From positions 1,232,054 through 1,296,053 of the forward strand of contig NW_004457695.1 in assembly GCF_000203815.1 (NCBI RefSeq): a stretch of DNA of 64,000 bases. Direction: 5' to 3'. The DNA comes from Dictyostelium fasciculatum (lineage: Eukaryota). The position numbers and the translations under genes were made by a program. Shown piece after piece: positions 1 through 10,629 of the stretch. The notes under the pieces were generated by a model that was not told where the DNA came from, ran no database searches, and saw only the letters and a program-made list of their open reading frames with translations. Numbering within the stretch: position 1 is the stretch's first letter; every line of letters starts with the position of its first letter.

Positions 1-3000
1 CAACTACCCGATGGAACATGTATTTGTGATGCTGGATGGGTCGGTACCCAATGCAACCAATGTGCTCCCGGCAACTACGGTCCAACCTGTCTGCCATTAC
101 CCCCATGCGTCAACGGCCAATCAAATGGCGGTCCATACGGAGACGGCAAATGTGTGTGTAGTCCAGGCTGGCAAGGAGCAGCTTGCAACATTAGTTCAAG
201 CGCCCGTTGTTCCGACACTGCCCCAAGTGCCATCATCACCCAGACATCGTCGGGATCGAGCTCCGTCTCTCCAGACTATGTCCAAGCATCGCTGGCCGTC
301 TCTGCCACTGCACTCCAAGTGCCACTTGCCCTACTCAACAAGTTCACCATCCCCGCCGAGGTATTCATCATCTATGATCTCTCTACGACCGCTGCCAACA
401 ATGCCCGTTACAAGCAGTTTATCAGTTCGTTTACCAACTTTAAATCATACTTTGCAACCAAGCGTGAGACTGTTAATTTTGGTCTCGGAACATTCTCTGA
501 TTCCGCCACTCAATCCAACACCTTCCAATTGGCTGCCAACTTTATGCCAGATATTGGTCCCACCCTCAATTCCCTCACTTTGTTGACTGGTAACCCATCA
601 GCCAACATCCCATACAACGTGTTGATTGATGCCATCCCAAAGATTGGGTTCTCCAACTCTGGTACTATGAAAATGATCTATCTCGTCACCGACAATAACA
701 TTGCCCCAACCGACAACACTCTTATCACCAACCTTGTCAATGCATTAAACAATCGTAACATCTTACTTGGTGTGTTTGCACTCGACTCTGTCTCGTCCTA
801 TGCTCCATTGTTTGCTGCTGCCGGCGCTGGTTCTGCTTACGCATGGCCAGCAACCTCTGCCACTCCATGGTTCAACTTGTTCATTGACAATATCTACACT
901 CCAATGATTACCAATATCGTAGTAAAGGTCCGTTCAGATCTCACTGGACTCGTGTCGATCCCACCTCCAAGTCCATCAACTACTACCACCTGGTACACTA
1001 CTCTCTTGTTGCCAACTCCAGCCCCCACCACCCTCTCTCCACAAGTCCAAATCAATGTTGTTGGTTTTGACAGACAAACCATTGCCGTTGCCATCAACCA
1101 TGCTCCCACCACCGCATCGGTCCAATTTACAAACACTGAAGACACTTCCTATCCATTTGCCATTGTAGGTGCCGATATTGACCAAAATCCACTCACCATT
1201 GCCTTGACCCAACTCCCAGCACTCGGATCGATCCAAATCAACGGTGTCACCATGGTTCTCAACACCCAATACACTCTCCCATCATCATCGACCAATGCAT
1301 TCAAGTTTGTTCCCAATGCCAATGCCAACGGAAATGATGTCGCCTTGTTTGCAGTATCCGACGGTTGTTTGGCTGCCAATGGACAGATCACCATCCAAAT
1401 CACTCCATCCAACGATCCACCAACCTGTCAAGCCGCTTTGGTATCAACCGACCAAAACACAGCCAAGCCATTCACCCTTGCCGTCACCGACGTTGACTCT
1501 ACCGGCTTGACTGTTGAATTCTCGTCGAGCTCGGTCATTCAAACTCTTGGATCCATCACTACTGGTGGCTCTGCCATTGTCGACGGTACCAAGTACCCAT
1601 CTGGCAGTTCATTCACCTTTACTCCATTCCTCAGTGCCAATGGATCGGCCACCTTCCCATTTGTCGTTCGTGATGAACTCATGTCCTCGCAATGCTCAGT
1701 GACCGTCCAAGTTGTCCGTGTCAACGTGGCACCAACCCTCTCTGTCCAGTCTCCCATCAATATGATTCCAGACTCCACCCAATACATCCCATTCACGGTG
1801 ACTGACCCCGACAACTATGAGACGTTGACTGTCACAATCACAGCTGCCAACCCAGTCGGTGGTGCATTCTTTGGACCCCAAGGAGAAGCCCTTACTGGAC
1901 CATTCCCAATGGTTATCGGTGCCTATGATGTCTCCTTGACCCATTCTGCCATGAACAACCTCTCGTATCACTCTGCCAACAACCAAGATACCGGTGTATC
2001 CATTACTATCAGTGTCTCTGATACTAGTAATGCCGTCGATGCTGAGACTGTCTTGATCCTCATCACTGGAAACAGAACCAACTCTGCTCCATCTGCCACT
2101 CCAGTCGGACCCATCGTACTCGACCAAGATACACTCTCCTCTACATTCCTCTTGAATGGTACTGATCCAGATCAAACCAAGTATGATAATATCTTGGATA
2201 TTGTCATCTCATCGTACCCATCCAAGGGTGTATTGGAAACACCAACAGGCACTGCCCTTGTCACTCCACTCAAGACTGCCCTCTCTGTAGTGTATGCCCC
2301 CAATCCCGGATGGTTTGGTGATGACCAACTTACATTCTATGTAGTCGATAGTCTTGGTGTTGCATCTTCTCCACAAACCGTTCTCATCACTGTCAACCAC
2401 GTCAATCATGCTCCAGTCATCTCTGCATCCGATGTGTTTGCAACTGGTCAACAAGGTCAATGGTTGGATGCCCCCATCACCATCTCTGCCTCTGATATTG
2501 ATAATGATGTCCTCACTGTCTCGGTCACTGCCCTTCCATCATCTGGCTCCATTAAAAATTCAGATGGTCTTGTTATTTCAACCGTTCCAACTGCCATTTC
2601 CAACTTGTCCATCACATATTCTCCATCGAGTACTGTGTACTACAACTTTATCCAACAATATACCGTTCAAGTATGTGATGATGACACTCCATCACTCTGC
2701 TCGTCTGCATCGGCCAACATCCACTACACCTACACCAACTCTGCTCCCACTGGTGAGGATAACAAGGTGACCACCTCACAAGACGTCCCAGTCAACTTTA
2801 CATTGGCCGGCACCGACTTTGAAGACGGATCCAATGTCCTCTTTACCATTGTCTTGCTCCCATCGGATGGTCGACTCTACACCCAAGACGGTCTATTGAT
2901 TGACTCTACCACACAAACCTTTACCAACCCCAACCTCCACTATGTCCCAGCTGAAGGTGTATCCAACATGGACACTCCAGGCCAACAAGGACCAGTCGAG

Positions 3001-4434
3001 TCATTCTACTACTCTGTCATTGACCAAAATGGAACTCTCTCATTAAACTACAACATCCAAGTGTTTATCATCCCATTCCGTCCACCCACCTACCACGGAG
3101 ACACCAACTTTACCACGCTTGAAGACAACTCGCTCAGTATCAGTCTCAATGCCATCTCTCAATACGGTGACCCCAAGTTCTTTATCGAGTTTATGAGTGC
3201 TACAGCTGTCGGCAACCTCACCTACACTAGTTGTCCAAATGACGGTACCTGCTCACAGGCTCCACTTGTTCAAGGTGTCCGTTTCATCGGCCCACCATTC
3301 ACCGTCGACTATAGTCCAGCTGCCGATGCCTTTGGTCCACAATTGGCCACCTTTTCGTTTAGATTTATTGACTCCAACACGTCCGAGGTGATCACTGCAA
3401 CCGTCGATGTTGTCCCAGTCAACGATCCACCCTACATTCAACCAATCACCATTTCAACCGACCTTGGAACCATCCAAATGGGCAGTCTCTTGTCCATGCC
3501 AATGAACAGTACTGCCTTGTTGGTGTTTAACGCCTCGGATATTGATTCGCCATACTCGTCACTCTTGGCTCGTCTCCGTACCCAAGCCAAGGGTTCAATG
3601 CTCAGCTACGACGGTCAACCAACCCCAACCAACAACAGCGTCGTCATTAACAAGGGAGACATCATCCCAAGATCAGCCGATGGATTGTGGAGAATGTTCT
3701 ATCAACCAACACCAGGCCGTAACGGTATTGGTTACGACGCCATCTCGTTTGCCGTCTATGATGACAAGGAGTTGATCTCACCATCCTACTCGTTGCGTGT
3801 CAATGTCAACCCCATCAACCTTGCTCCAGTCGTCTCGGTCAACCAAACCCACTGGAACCTCAATGCCAAGACCACCAGCACCAACATTATCGGTATCACT
3901 GTCGACGACCCCGACTCGCTCTACAACAACATCTCCTTTACCCTTGCCCTCGCTCCAGAAGGATCGATCGAGTTGCCATACTCCAAGAACTCGCCCAACT
4001 GTGATTTCAGCACACCCTCCAATGTCACTTGTACCGCTCCAAAGGGTACCCTCAACACCTTCTTGACCATGATCCGTCTCAATTTCACTCTGACCGAGGA
4101 TGCCAACTACACACTGACCGTCACAGTCAGCGATCTTGGGTACATGGGTGGCAATGTCTTGACCGACCAAAAGACAGTAGACGTCTCTATTCTCCCATCG
4201 GCCATTTCCAAGACCAAGAATAATACAGTCGTATTGGCAGCATCCATTTCGGCAGCAGCTGTTGCAGCAGCCCTCATTGCACTTGGTGTCTGGAGATTGA
4301 TCAAATCAAAGGCTCCACCAACAGACGCATTCTTTGGTGACTCTCCATTTGCCGATTCAAATGTATCATCTAATCCTCTCTACCAAGATAGTGGTAGATC
4401 TGGTGTTAATCCATTATATCAAGATATTAATTAA
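1..4434 (+). CDS. Sib-family (similar to integrin beta) type I adhesion receptor-like protein, 5'-partial. It has a laminin-type EGF-like module, a VWA domain, long cadherin-like/bacterial-like extracellular repeats, one TM helix, and a cytoplasmic tail with two NPxY motifs.
   Basis: Frame 1 is open from nt 1, so the CDS continues upstream of the window (the ORF track begins at an internal GTG at 154). The N-terminal part reads CICDAGWVGTQCNQCAPGNYGPTCLP...CVCSPGWQGAACN (EGF-like). The VWA/MIDAS-like segment is FIIYDLSTTAANNARYKQF. Repeats end in VNDPP/VNHAP. The TM segment AASISAAAVAAALIALGVW is near residue 1370. The tail reads ...SNPLYQDSGRSGVNPLYQDIN-stop, with two NPLY motifs as in Dictyostelium SibA-E talin-binding tails. 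Confidence 0.8.
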   Translation, partial: QLPDGTCICDAGWVGTQCNQCAPGNYGPTCLPLPPCVNGQSNGGPYGDGKCVCSPGWQGAACNISSSARCSDTAPSAIITQTSSGSSSVSPDYVQASLAVSATALQVPLALLNKFTIPAEVFIIYDLSTTAANNARYKQFISSFTNFKSYFATKRETVNFGLGTFSDSATQSNTFQLAANFMPDIGPTLNSLTLLTGNPSANIPYNVLIDAIPKIGFSNSGTMKMIYLVTDNNIAPTDNTLITNLVNALNNRNILLGVFALDSVSSYAPLFAAAGAGSAYAWPATSATPWFNLFIDNIYTPMITNIVVKVRSDLTGLVSIPPPSPSTTTTWYTTLLLPTPAPTTLSPQVQINVVGFDRQTIAVAINHAPTTASVQFTNTEDTSYPFAIVGADIDQNPLTIALTQLPALGSIQINGVTMVLNTQYTLPSSSTNAFKFVPNANANGNDVALFAVSDGCLAANGQITIQITPSNDPPTCQAALVSTDQNTAKPFTLAVTDVDSTGLTVEFSSSSVIQTLGSITTGGSAIVDGTKYPSGSSFTFTPFLSANGSATFPFVVRDELMSSQCSVTVQVVRVNVAPTLSVQSPINMIPDSTQYIPFTVTDPDNYETLTVTITAANPVGGAFFGPQGEALTGPFPMVIGAYDVSLTHSAMNNLSYHSANNQDTGVSITISVSDTSNAVDAETVLILITGNRTNSAPSATPVGPIVLDQDTLSSTFLLNGTDPDQTKYDNILDIVISSYPSKGVLETPTGTALVTPLKTALSVVYAPNPGWFGDDQLTFYVVDSLGVASSPQTVLITVNHVNHAPVISASDVFATGQQGQWLDAPITISASDIDNDVLTVSVTALPSSGSIKNSDGLVISTVPTAISNLSITYSPSSTVYYNFIQQYTVQVCDDDTPSLCSSASANIHYTYTNSAPTGEDNKVTTSQDVPVNFTLAGTDFEDGSNVLFTIVLLPSDGRLYTQDGLLIDSTTQTFTNPNLHYVPAEGVSNMDTPGQQGPVESFYYSVIDQNGTLSLNYNIQVFIIPFRPPTYHGDTNFTTLEDNSLSISLNAISQYGDPKFFIEFMSATAVGNLTYTSCPNDGTCSQAPLVQGVRFIGPPFTVDYSPAADAFGPQLATFSFRFIDSNTSEVITATVDVVPVNDPPYIQPITISTDLGTIQMGSLLSMPMNSTALLVFNASDIDSPYSSLLARLRTQAKGSMLSYDGQPTPTNNSVVINKGDIIPRSADGLWRMFYQPTPGRNGIGYDAISFAVYDDKELISPSYSLRVNVNPINLAPVVSVNQTHWNLNAKTTSTNIIGITVDDPDSLYNNISFTLALAPEGSIELPYSKNSPNCDFSTPSNVTCTAPKGTLNTFLTMIRLNFTLTEDANYTLTVTVSDLGYMGGNVLTDQKTVDVSILPSAISKTKNNTVVLAASISAAAVAAALIALGVWRLIKSKAPPTDAFFGDSPFADSNVSSNPLYQDSGRSGVNPLYQDIN

Positions 4435-4993
4435 TCAACATATTAATTAACATATTAATCCAACCCAATCATTTATTTATTTTAATCCCTTTGTCCGAAC
4501 CATTTAAATTAATCAATCCCCCCATCTCTCCTCTATACTATACACATTCAATGACTAAATAGTCTTTATCTCTCTCATTTTTTATAATAATAAATCTTAT
4601 CATATTAATAGTTTTGTAAATAAATAATTCATTATCATATTTATTTTCAATCTAAATAATATCAATCAAACCCTTTGTAAATACAAGAATATTAAATTAT
4701 TATTATTAATGATCTTTCGAAAAAAATATGTATATTATTTAAATTCAATTCTATTCATTGTTATTTATATAGTTATATAGTTTGTCAAAAAAAGCAATGG
4801 GTTATGATGATTGGATGATTAACAATTTAAAATAATCCAATCAAATCGATATTTAATGATGGATTACCCACACACCCTCCCTCCCTTCTTCCCACTCATC
4901 AACGATACATAGAGTCTATCTAATTGTTACATACTCTTTAATATATTACTATTAGAGATAGATAATATTAAACATTAAATTTAATTAATAGAG

Positions 4994-6097
4994 ATGGAAA
5001 GAAATCAAGAATCAGTTGTTATTACTGGAGGACAAGGATTTATAGGTAGTTGGGTAGCTAAATTATTGTTGGAACAAACCAATCAAGGTTGTAATAGTTA
5101 CAATGTGATCATTGTAGATGTTAAACCAGATGATCGTATTCTTAGACAAGTATTGTCACCTTCTCAACTATCAATGTTGACTCGTGTCTATTTGGACATT
5201 GCCAACGGACAGGCTGTCACCGACATGGTTAGAAAATACACTCCATCTTTTATCATTCATTTGGCTGGTTTGCAAATACCAACATGTCGTGCCAATCCCA
5301 TCCTAGGTTGTCAAGTTAATGTTATCGGTACTATTAATGTATTTGAAGCTGTTAAACAATTGGTAAAGAGGAAAATAGGAAAAGAATATATAATATACAA
5401 TAGATCATTGATTAACCTTTTTGTTATTTGTTTGTAGGAAAAAACATGTCCAATTATTTATGCATCAAGTGCAGCTGTATCTGGACCATCAGAGGATTAT
5501 GATGGACCAATTAATGATAATGCTTCACACACTCCTTTGACACACTATGGTGTCTATAAACAGGCGAATGAAGGATCGGCAAGAGTCTATTGGATGGATA
5601 ACAAGATACCAAGTGTTGCATTGCGACCATTTACAGTGTATGGAGTGGGTCGAGAGATTGGAATGACAAGCTCGCCGACAAAGTTGATAAAGGCCATTGT
5701 CAGTACCAAAACAGAGTATACTATCCCATTTAGTGGTGATATATGTGTAAACTATGTCGAGGATATAGCATCACTGTTTATTCAATTGGGTCAACTCAAA
5801 GACACCATCAAAGGAGCTCATGTATGTAATATCACTGGTGATGTCGTAAGTGTCCAACAATGGGTCGATCTAGTCAAACAAGTAGCTGAAAAGGAAATGA
5901 ACAAATCTATCAATGTCAAGATTGAAGGATCACCACTTCCCTATCCAACCCATTTCAAAGAAGATACACTTGCCAAACTACTCAATTGTCAATCCAATCA
6001 AGTTAAAACAACTCCTCCTATCATCGCCATCACCAAAACTCTCAAAATATTTAAATCTCTCTCTGATCAATCAATTTTAGAATTTAATGACCTATAA
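4994..6097 (+). CDS. NAD(P)-dependent epimerase/dehydratase (extended SDR, Rossmann fold). Exons: join(4994..5362,5438..6097).
   Basis: The N-terminus carries ITGGQGFIGSWVAKLL (GxxGxxG). Exon 2 carries a catalytic YxxxK (HYGVYKQ). The intron runs 5363..5437 with a GTAAAG donor and a tttgtag acceptor; the two ORFs (4994..5437 and 5537..6097) are in the same frame after splicing. Confidence 0.75.
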
Positions 6098-6275
6098 ACG
6101 GAAATATATTAATAATAATTTTATTAAAATAGTAAAAAGAAAGAATAATAAAAAATGGAAATATTAAAACACAAATATATATATATATATATAAAACAGT
6201 TATATAGATAGGATTGTTGTTTTGGGTATAAAAAATGTATATATTATTTGTTATTTGTTATTTGTTTTTAAATTT

Positions 6276-7893
6276 TTAGTTGGCAGATTCATTAACCAAA
6301 AGTGGAGCAGATTCAGATGAAGCAGCATTCAAGAGTTTAGTGTTCTCCTTCATTGTGGCGGATGGAATATTGATACGACGGTTCTTGATATCGACGAGGA
6401 TGAGGACGATACAGAGTGCACAACCGACGGCGGCAAAACAGGTAAAGATGGCAGAGGTGATGTGATAGTTTTTGTTGGTGTCTTGGAGGATGGCGTTGAT
6501 GGCGAGGGTTGAGAGAGCGACGGCGGCGTTTTGGAAGGCAAAAGCGAGACCGTAGGCGGTACCGAGACGACTGGATGGGATGAGGGCTGGGATAGTTGGC
6601 CAGATAGAGGCGGCCATGGTGGCATAAGAGACACCGAGCATGATCATACCAATGTATGGGTTGGCGCTGGTAAATCCGAGTACAATGTGAGCGGCAGTCA
6701 TGAGGGCGGTGGCACCGGCCATGAAACTGAGGTTATGACCAACACGATCAATCAAGAAACCAATGAGTGGTGATGGTGCAGCAGTGTAGTATGGGATGGA
6801 TGTGAGGATGGCAGTGTCGCAGCCTGGGAACTTGCTAGCAAGCATGTTGTTGGCAATGGTGATAAAGACAAAGAGTGGGACGTAGAAAAAGACGACGACG
6901 AAAAAGATGAGCCATACCGACCCGGGGAACTTGGCAATATCCTTGAGTGATACGGCGTCGTTCTTGGAGGCTTCTTTGTCCTTGTCCTTTTTACCACGGA
7001 TCAAGTCGAGACCGAGCAAAATAATACAAGAGATGAATGAAACACCACAGGTAATAGCACCAAACCACACGGCAAAGGGGATAGAGTGTGACTTGATCAA
7101 TTCCGGTGTGACTTGGAAGTTGACAGCACTACCAATACGCGAGAAACCAAGTGTAATGGCAAAGGCAAAGTTAATGTCTGAACGTCCGTTGAACCATGTT
7201 GCGCAAAATGTCGATTGAGCCACCGACAATGATTCACCACCAAGACCAAACACCAAACGACCGACCAAAGCCAACCAATAGAGCTTATAAGAGGCAGAGA
7301 GTGAGAAAATGATTTGTCCGGCCATAACCAAAACGCAAAAGACCATTGCTCCCTTTTTCAAACCAAATACTGTATCGATGAGGTATCCACCAAAGAATAC
7401 AATGACCATATTGGGGAAGTTATAAACTGAATAAAGAATACCATATTGTGTATCTCCAATATCATAATACTAAAAAAATAAAATAAGATAAAGAAAGAAA
7501 GAAAAGAGTCAATAAATAATAATAAATATGATTGAGTTGAATGTGATGTGATGATTTGATTTGATTCAACTTACGATTTCAAGTTCTGAAATAGTTCCAT
7601 TTGGATCAGCACTAGTTGGATGTGGTACTGATGGGAAAGCACCTGGAATATCCTATATTGATGATGAATGATTAATGATGATTAATGATTAATGATGATA
7701 TTAGTATACTCGTTTGTTTCGTTTGTTTCATTTCATTCGTTTCATTCGTTTGTTCTGATCTGATCTGATCTGATTGTTGTTAACATACATAAATATAATA
7801 ACTTCCAAATGTAATTAAACAAATAAACAAGAGACCCAAATATCTGAACAAATGTTCAGACATTGGAATCTTCTTTTCTGAATCGGCTGACAT
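6276..7893 (-). CDS. Major facilitator superfamily transporter (MFSD1-like). Exons: complement(join(6276..7469,7575..7652,7789..7893)).
   Basis: The 377-aa ORF is clearly multi-TM MFS. It extends upstream past its annotated Met in frame to a tag acceptor (...YYDIGDTQYGILYSVYNFPNMVIVFFGGY, a classic MFS motif). A 78-nt middle exon (DIPGAFPSVPHPTSADPNGTISELEI) is bounded by a tatag acceptor and a GTAAGT donor. Exon 1 (MSADSEKKIPMSEHLFRYLGLLFICLITFGSYYIY) ends at a GTATGT donor. All phases are 0. Confidence 0.7.
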
Positions 7894-8509
7894 TCTTGTA
7901 TATGATGATTGATATTATTACGATAGATAGATAGACAGACAGAGATAGAATGACTAGTATAGGTATAGCAAATATAAATACTAATCGTCGTTGTCGCGGT
8001 ATCGGTGTGAATACTAACTACAGATAAATACAAAGTAATAAATACTAAACTAATAACATTTGTTAGCTTAAATAGAGGTGGTTAGGGAGACCTCGATAGA
8101 CAATTCTCACACCCATGTTTTTTTAAAAAACAACCAACAAACGATCGTTTTGCTTTTTAGAGTTCCCTGCACCCCTCAAAGTGTGAGAGAGTAGGACGGA
8201 TTGATTCAATCATACCCTCTTACTTTGATGATGTATTACATCTCCTAGGAGAGAACACCCAATGGCATCAATTCCATTGACCCAAAGATATTTGTTAATA
8301 CAAACGGAAAATTAATATCTCCCATCAAAAAAGGGGGCGAATCGAAGCAAAGAACGAGTCTTCAGAATGCGAATAACACATTTAATATAAACCTCTTTTT
8401 CTCACAAAAGGTAGGTAATAGATAAACATTAAATATATCGGATGGGATGGTTTCGAGAATATATATATTCATCCTCCCTCTTTTATTTATTCTTTTTAAA
8501 TTGATTAAT

Positions 8510-9096
8510 ATGACAGTTCTATCAAGAGATGAGGTACTTAAATGTATAGAATCAGGGTAGGTATTGATCAACAGATAAGAGACAGCAGCAGCAGCAGCAG
8601 ATTAGTAATACCAACATCTTCTGTAGTGAAATATCAATTAGTCCATTTGATCCAGATGCACTTGGCGGTGCCACATTGGATCTAACATTGTCAAATGAAT
8701 TTAGAGTGTTTTCAAAAGAATCTGAAACCATTCTTGTCACTGATGAAACCAACTATAGAGATTATACCAAACATTTTGTACTAGGCGAAGGAGAGACTTT
8801 CATTTTAGAGCCAAGATCATTGGTTTTGGCCATCACCAAAGAGACGGTCTTCGCTCTCTCCCAACTATTGTGGTCTACTAGAAGGCAGATCTCGTTTTGC
8901 AAGAATGGGACTCTTTGTTCACTTGTCTACAGGTTTCATGCAACCATCCACCTCTAGTCCAACGGTTCTCGAAATATTCAATGCATCCAACAATCGTTTG
9001 GAACTAAAACCTGGATCTAAAATGTGTCAACTTATTTTTATGAAAATGGAAGGACAAGCTTCTTATACTGGTAGATTTAGAGATAATCATTTGTAA
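8510..9096 (+). CDS. dcd: dCTP deaminase (bacterial Dcd/dUTPase-fold family) homologue. Exons: join(8510..8556,8627..9096), with an apparent +1 frameshift near 8873-8875.
   Basis: The spliced protein MTVLSRDEVLKCIESG|EISISPFDPDALGGATLDLTLSNEFRVFSKESETILVTDETNYRDYTKHFVLGEGETFILEPRSLVLAITKETVFALSQLLW aligns along its length with E. coli Dcd ([44 protein letters not shown]...[26 protein letters not shown]). The remainder LLEGRSRFARMGLFVHLSTGFMQP...KMCQLIFMKMEGQASYTGRFRDNHL matches [26 protein letters not shown]...GMLIGALSFEPLSG, but lies in frame 1 whereas the upstream part is frame 3. The intron is 8557..8626 (GTAGGT donor, ttctgtag acceptor). Confidence 0.7.
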
Positions 9097-9099
9097 CAA

Positions 9100-9156
9100 A
9101 ATAATAATAATAATAATAATAAAACAAACAGATAATAATAATAATAATAATAATAA
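9100..9156. repeat. (AAT)n microsatellites in the 3' flank of the dcd-like gene.
   Basis: aataataataataataataat...ataataataataataataataataa is seen directly. Confidence 0.8.
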
Positions 9157-9498
9157 ACATATGTTACTACTGCTATTAAACAATCACCTGATCAATATGG
9201 TGCGAGCTTGTGGAACAAAAACATTTTTAGCAGCCTGGTTTGTTGGTTATGAGATTAGATTATTCTCTCATTTCACAATTGTAGTATACTACTATTATGT
9301 GTATCATTCTGATCTATAGATCTGTCTTGGGTTGATTGCAAGAGGACAATGAAAAAATCACAAGAAGCAAAAAAAATAAAATAAAAAAAACATTTTTTTT
9401 TCCGTGTTTTGTTGCAGCTGTGATCATTATGCGTCTGAGAAGCAAAACTTGTTATTATTATTACATTAGACACAAGAAGAGTAATAGAGCATTAAAAG

Positions 9499-10288
9499 AT
9501 GTCAAAGTGGATTAAATACGTAAAGGAAATCTTCACTCCAGGTCACTCTATGGAGTTCTTCCACAAGCCAGGAAATTCGCTCATCGAACGTGCTGAATTG
9601 AACGCCTCTCGTAAGGCCCTCCAAGACAAGAGATGTAAGTACCTACTATATATATATTCATTCAGCATTATATTTAAGTCATAGTAGTAGTAGCTAGCAT
9701 TAGTATAGTCGAAGATAAAGAAGATCAACAAAATGGAATGAATACTGATGTGATGATGAGATGAAAGAAAAGAACAATCAACAAAAGAAAAGAATGAATG
9801 ATGATGATCAACATATATGCAAACAAACAGATTTACAAAACAAGAGAGAAATTTTCATTGTAAATCTCTTTTATATATATATGTATCAATCATTCTTGAT
9901 TGATGATTTGTTAGAAGATGAAGATCATCATCATTATCATCCCTCCCCCCTCTACGCTTGATCTACTACTACTACAATGACAATGACAGAAAAACTGTAG
10001 ATGGAGATATATTATATTAGATACTAATATTTTTGTACTTTTTGACCTATAATAATAGCAAACGAATTTGGTCATGAAGTCTTAAGTGGATTCGGTACCA
10101 TCAAGAGCCCAGTCATTGTTGAATCAATCTTTGACAACAGAATCGTTGGATGTGAAGGTGGTGATGGTGAAGAACACGACTTGGTCTTCCACAAGCTCAC
10201 TGCCAAGAAGCCAATCATCTGCGTTGATTGCGGTCAAGCATTCAAGCTCAAGAAGATCAGCACTGAAAACGAAGTCATGTACTACTAA
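9499..10288 (+). CDS. Cytochrome c oxidase subunit Vb (COX5B/yeast Cox4-like, zinc-binding). Exon 1 is 9499..9634 and the last exon is 10087..10288; the splice phase between them does not close.
   Basis: Exon 1 reads MSKWIKYVKEIFTPGHSMEFFHKPGNSLIERAELNASRKALQDKR and is followed by a GTAAGT donor at 9635. The last exon reads GFGTIKSPVIVESIFDNRIVGCEGGDGEEHDLVFHKLTAKKPIICVDCGQAFKLKKISTENEVMYY-stop, which is the COX5B zinc-ribbon C-terminus (CxxC...C..CG.xFKL). The donor leaves 1 nt and the acceptor (ttaag at 10086) also leaves 1 nt, so the phases sum to 2 rather than 3. Confidence 0.6.
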
Positions 10289-10629
10289 ACACGCACGCGT
10301 TATATTATTATTTATATTATTTTCGACATAACACGGGTAGTAGTAGTTTGAAAGAGTTATCAGAAGAGGATTTTTTTAACAGCATGGTATATATTATTTA
10401 ATAAGCACACATATATGGAATAACAAAACAAACAAACAATAATGATAACAATAACAGAAAAAAAAAGTGTATAAAAATGATGACTATTGTGCCTAGTATA
10501 TAATAAATAAAAACAAAAATCTATAAACTAATCAATCATATCTATCTAATAATAATTTATTTGTATCCTGGAATAATAATAATAATTTTGGACAAAAGTA
10601 AAGTAATTAATTAATTATTTATTTTAAAT

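Noticed and set aside
894-2175. Several 80-160-aa minus-strand ORFs inside the Sib-like gene.
   Set aside because: They lie inside a continuous 1,470-aa conserved plus-strand CDS and are antisense artefacts of repetitive coding sequence.
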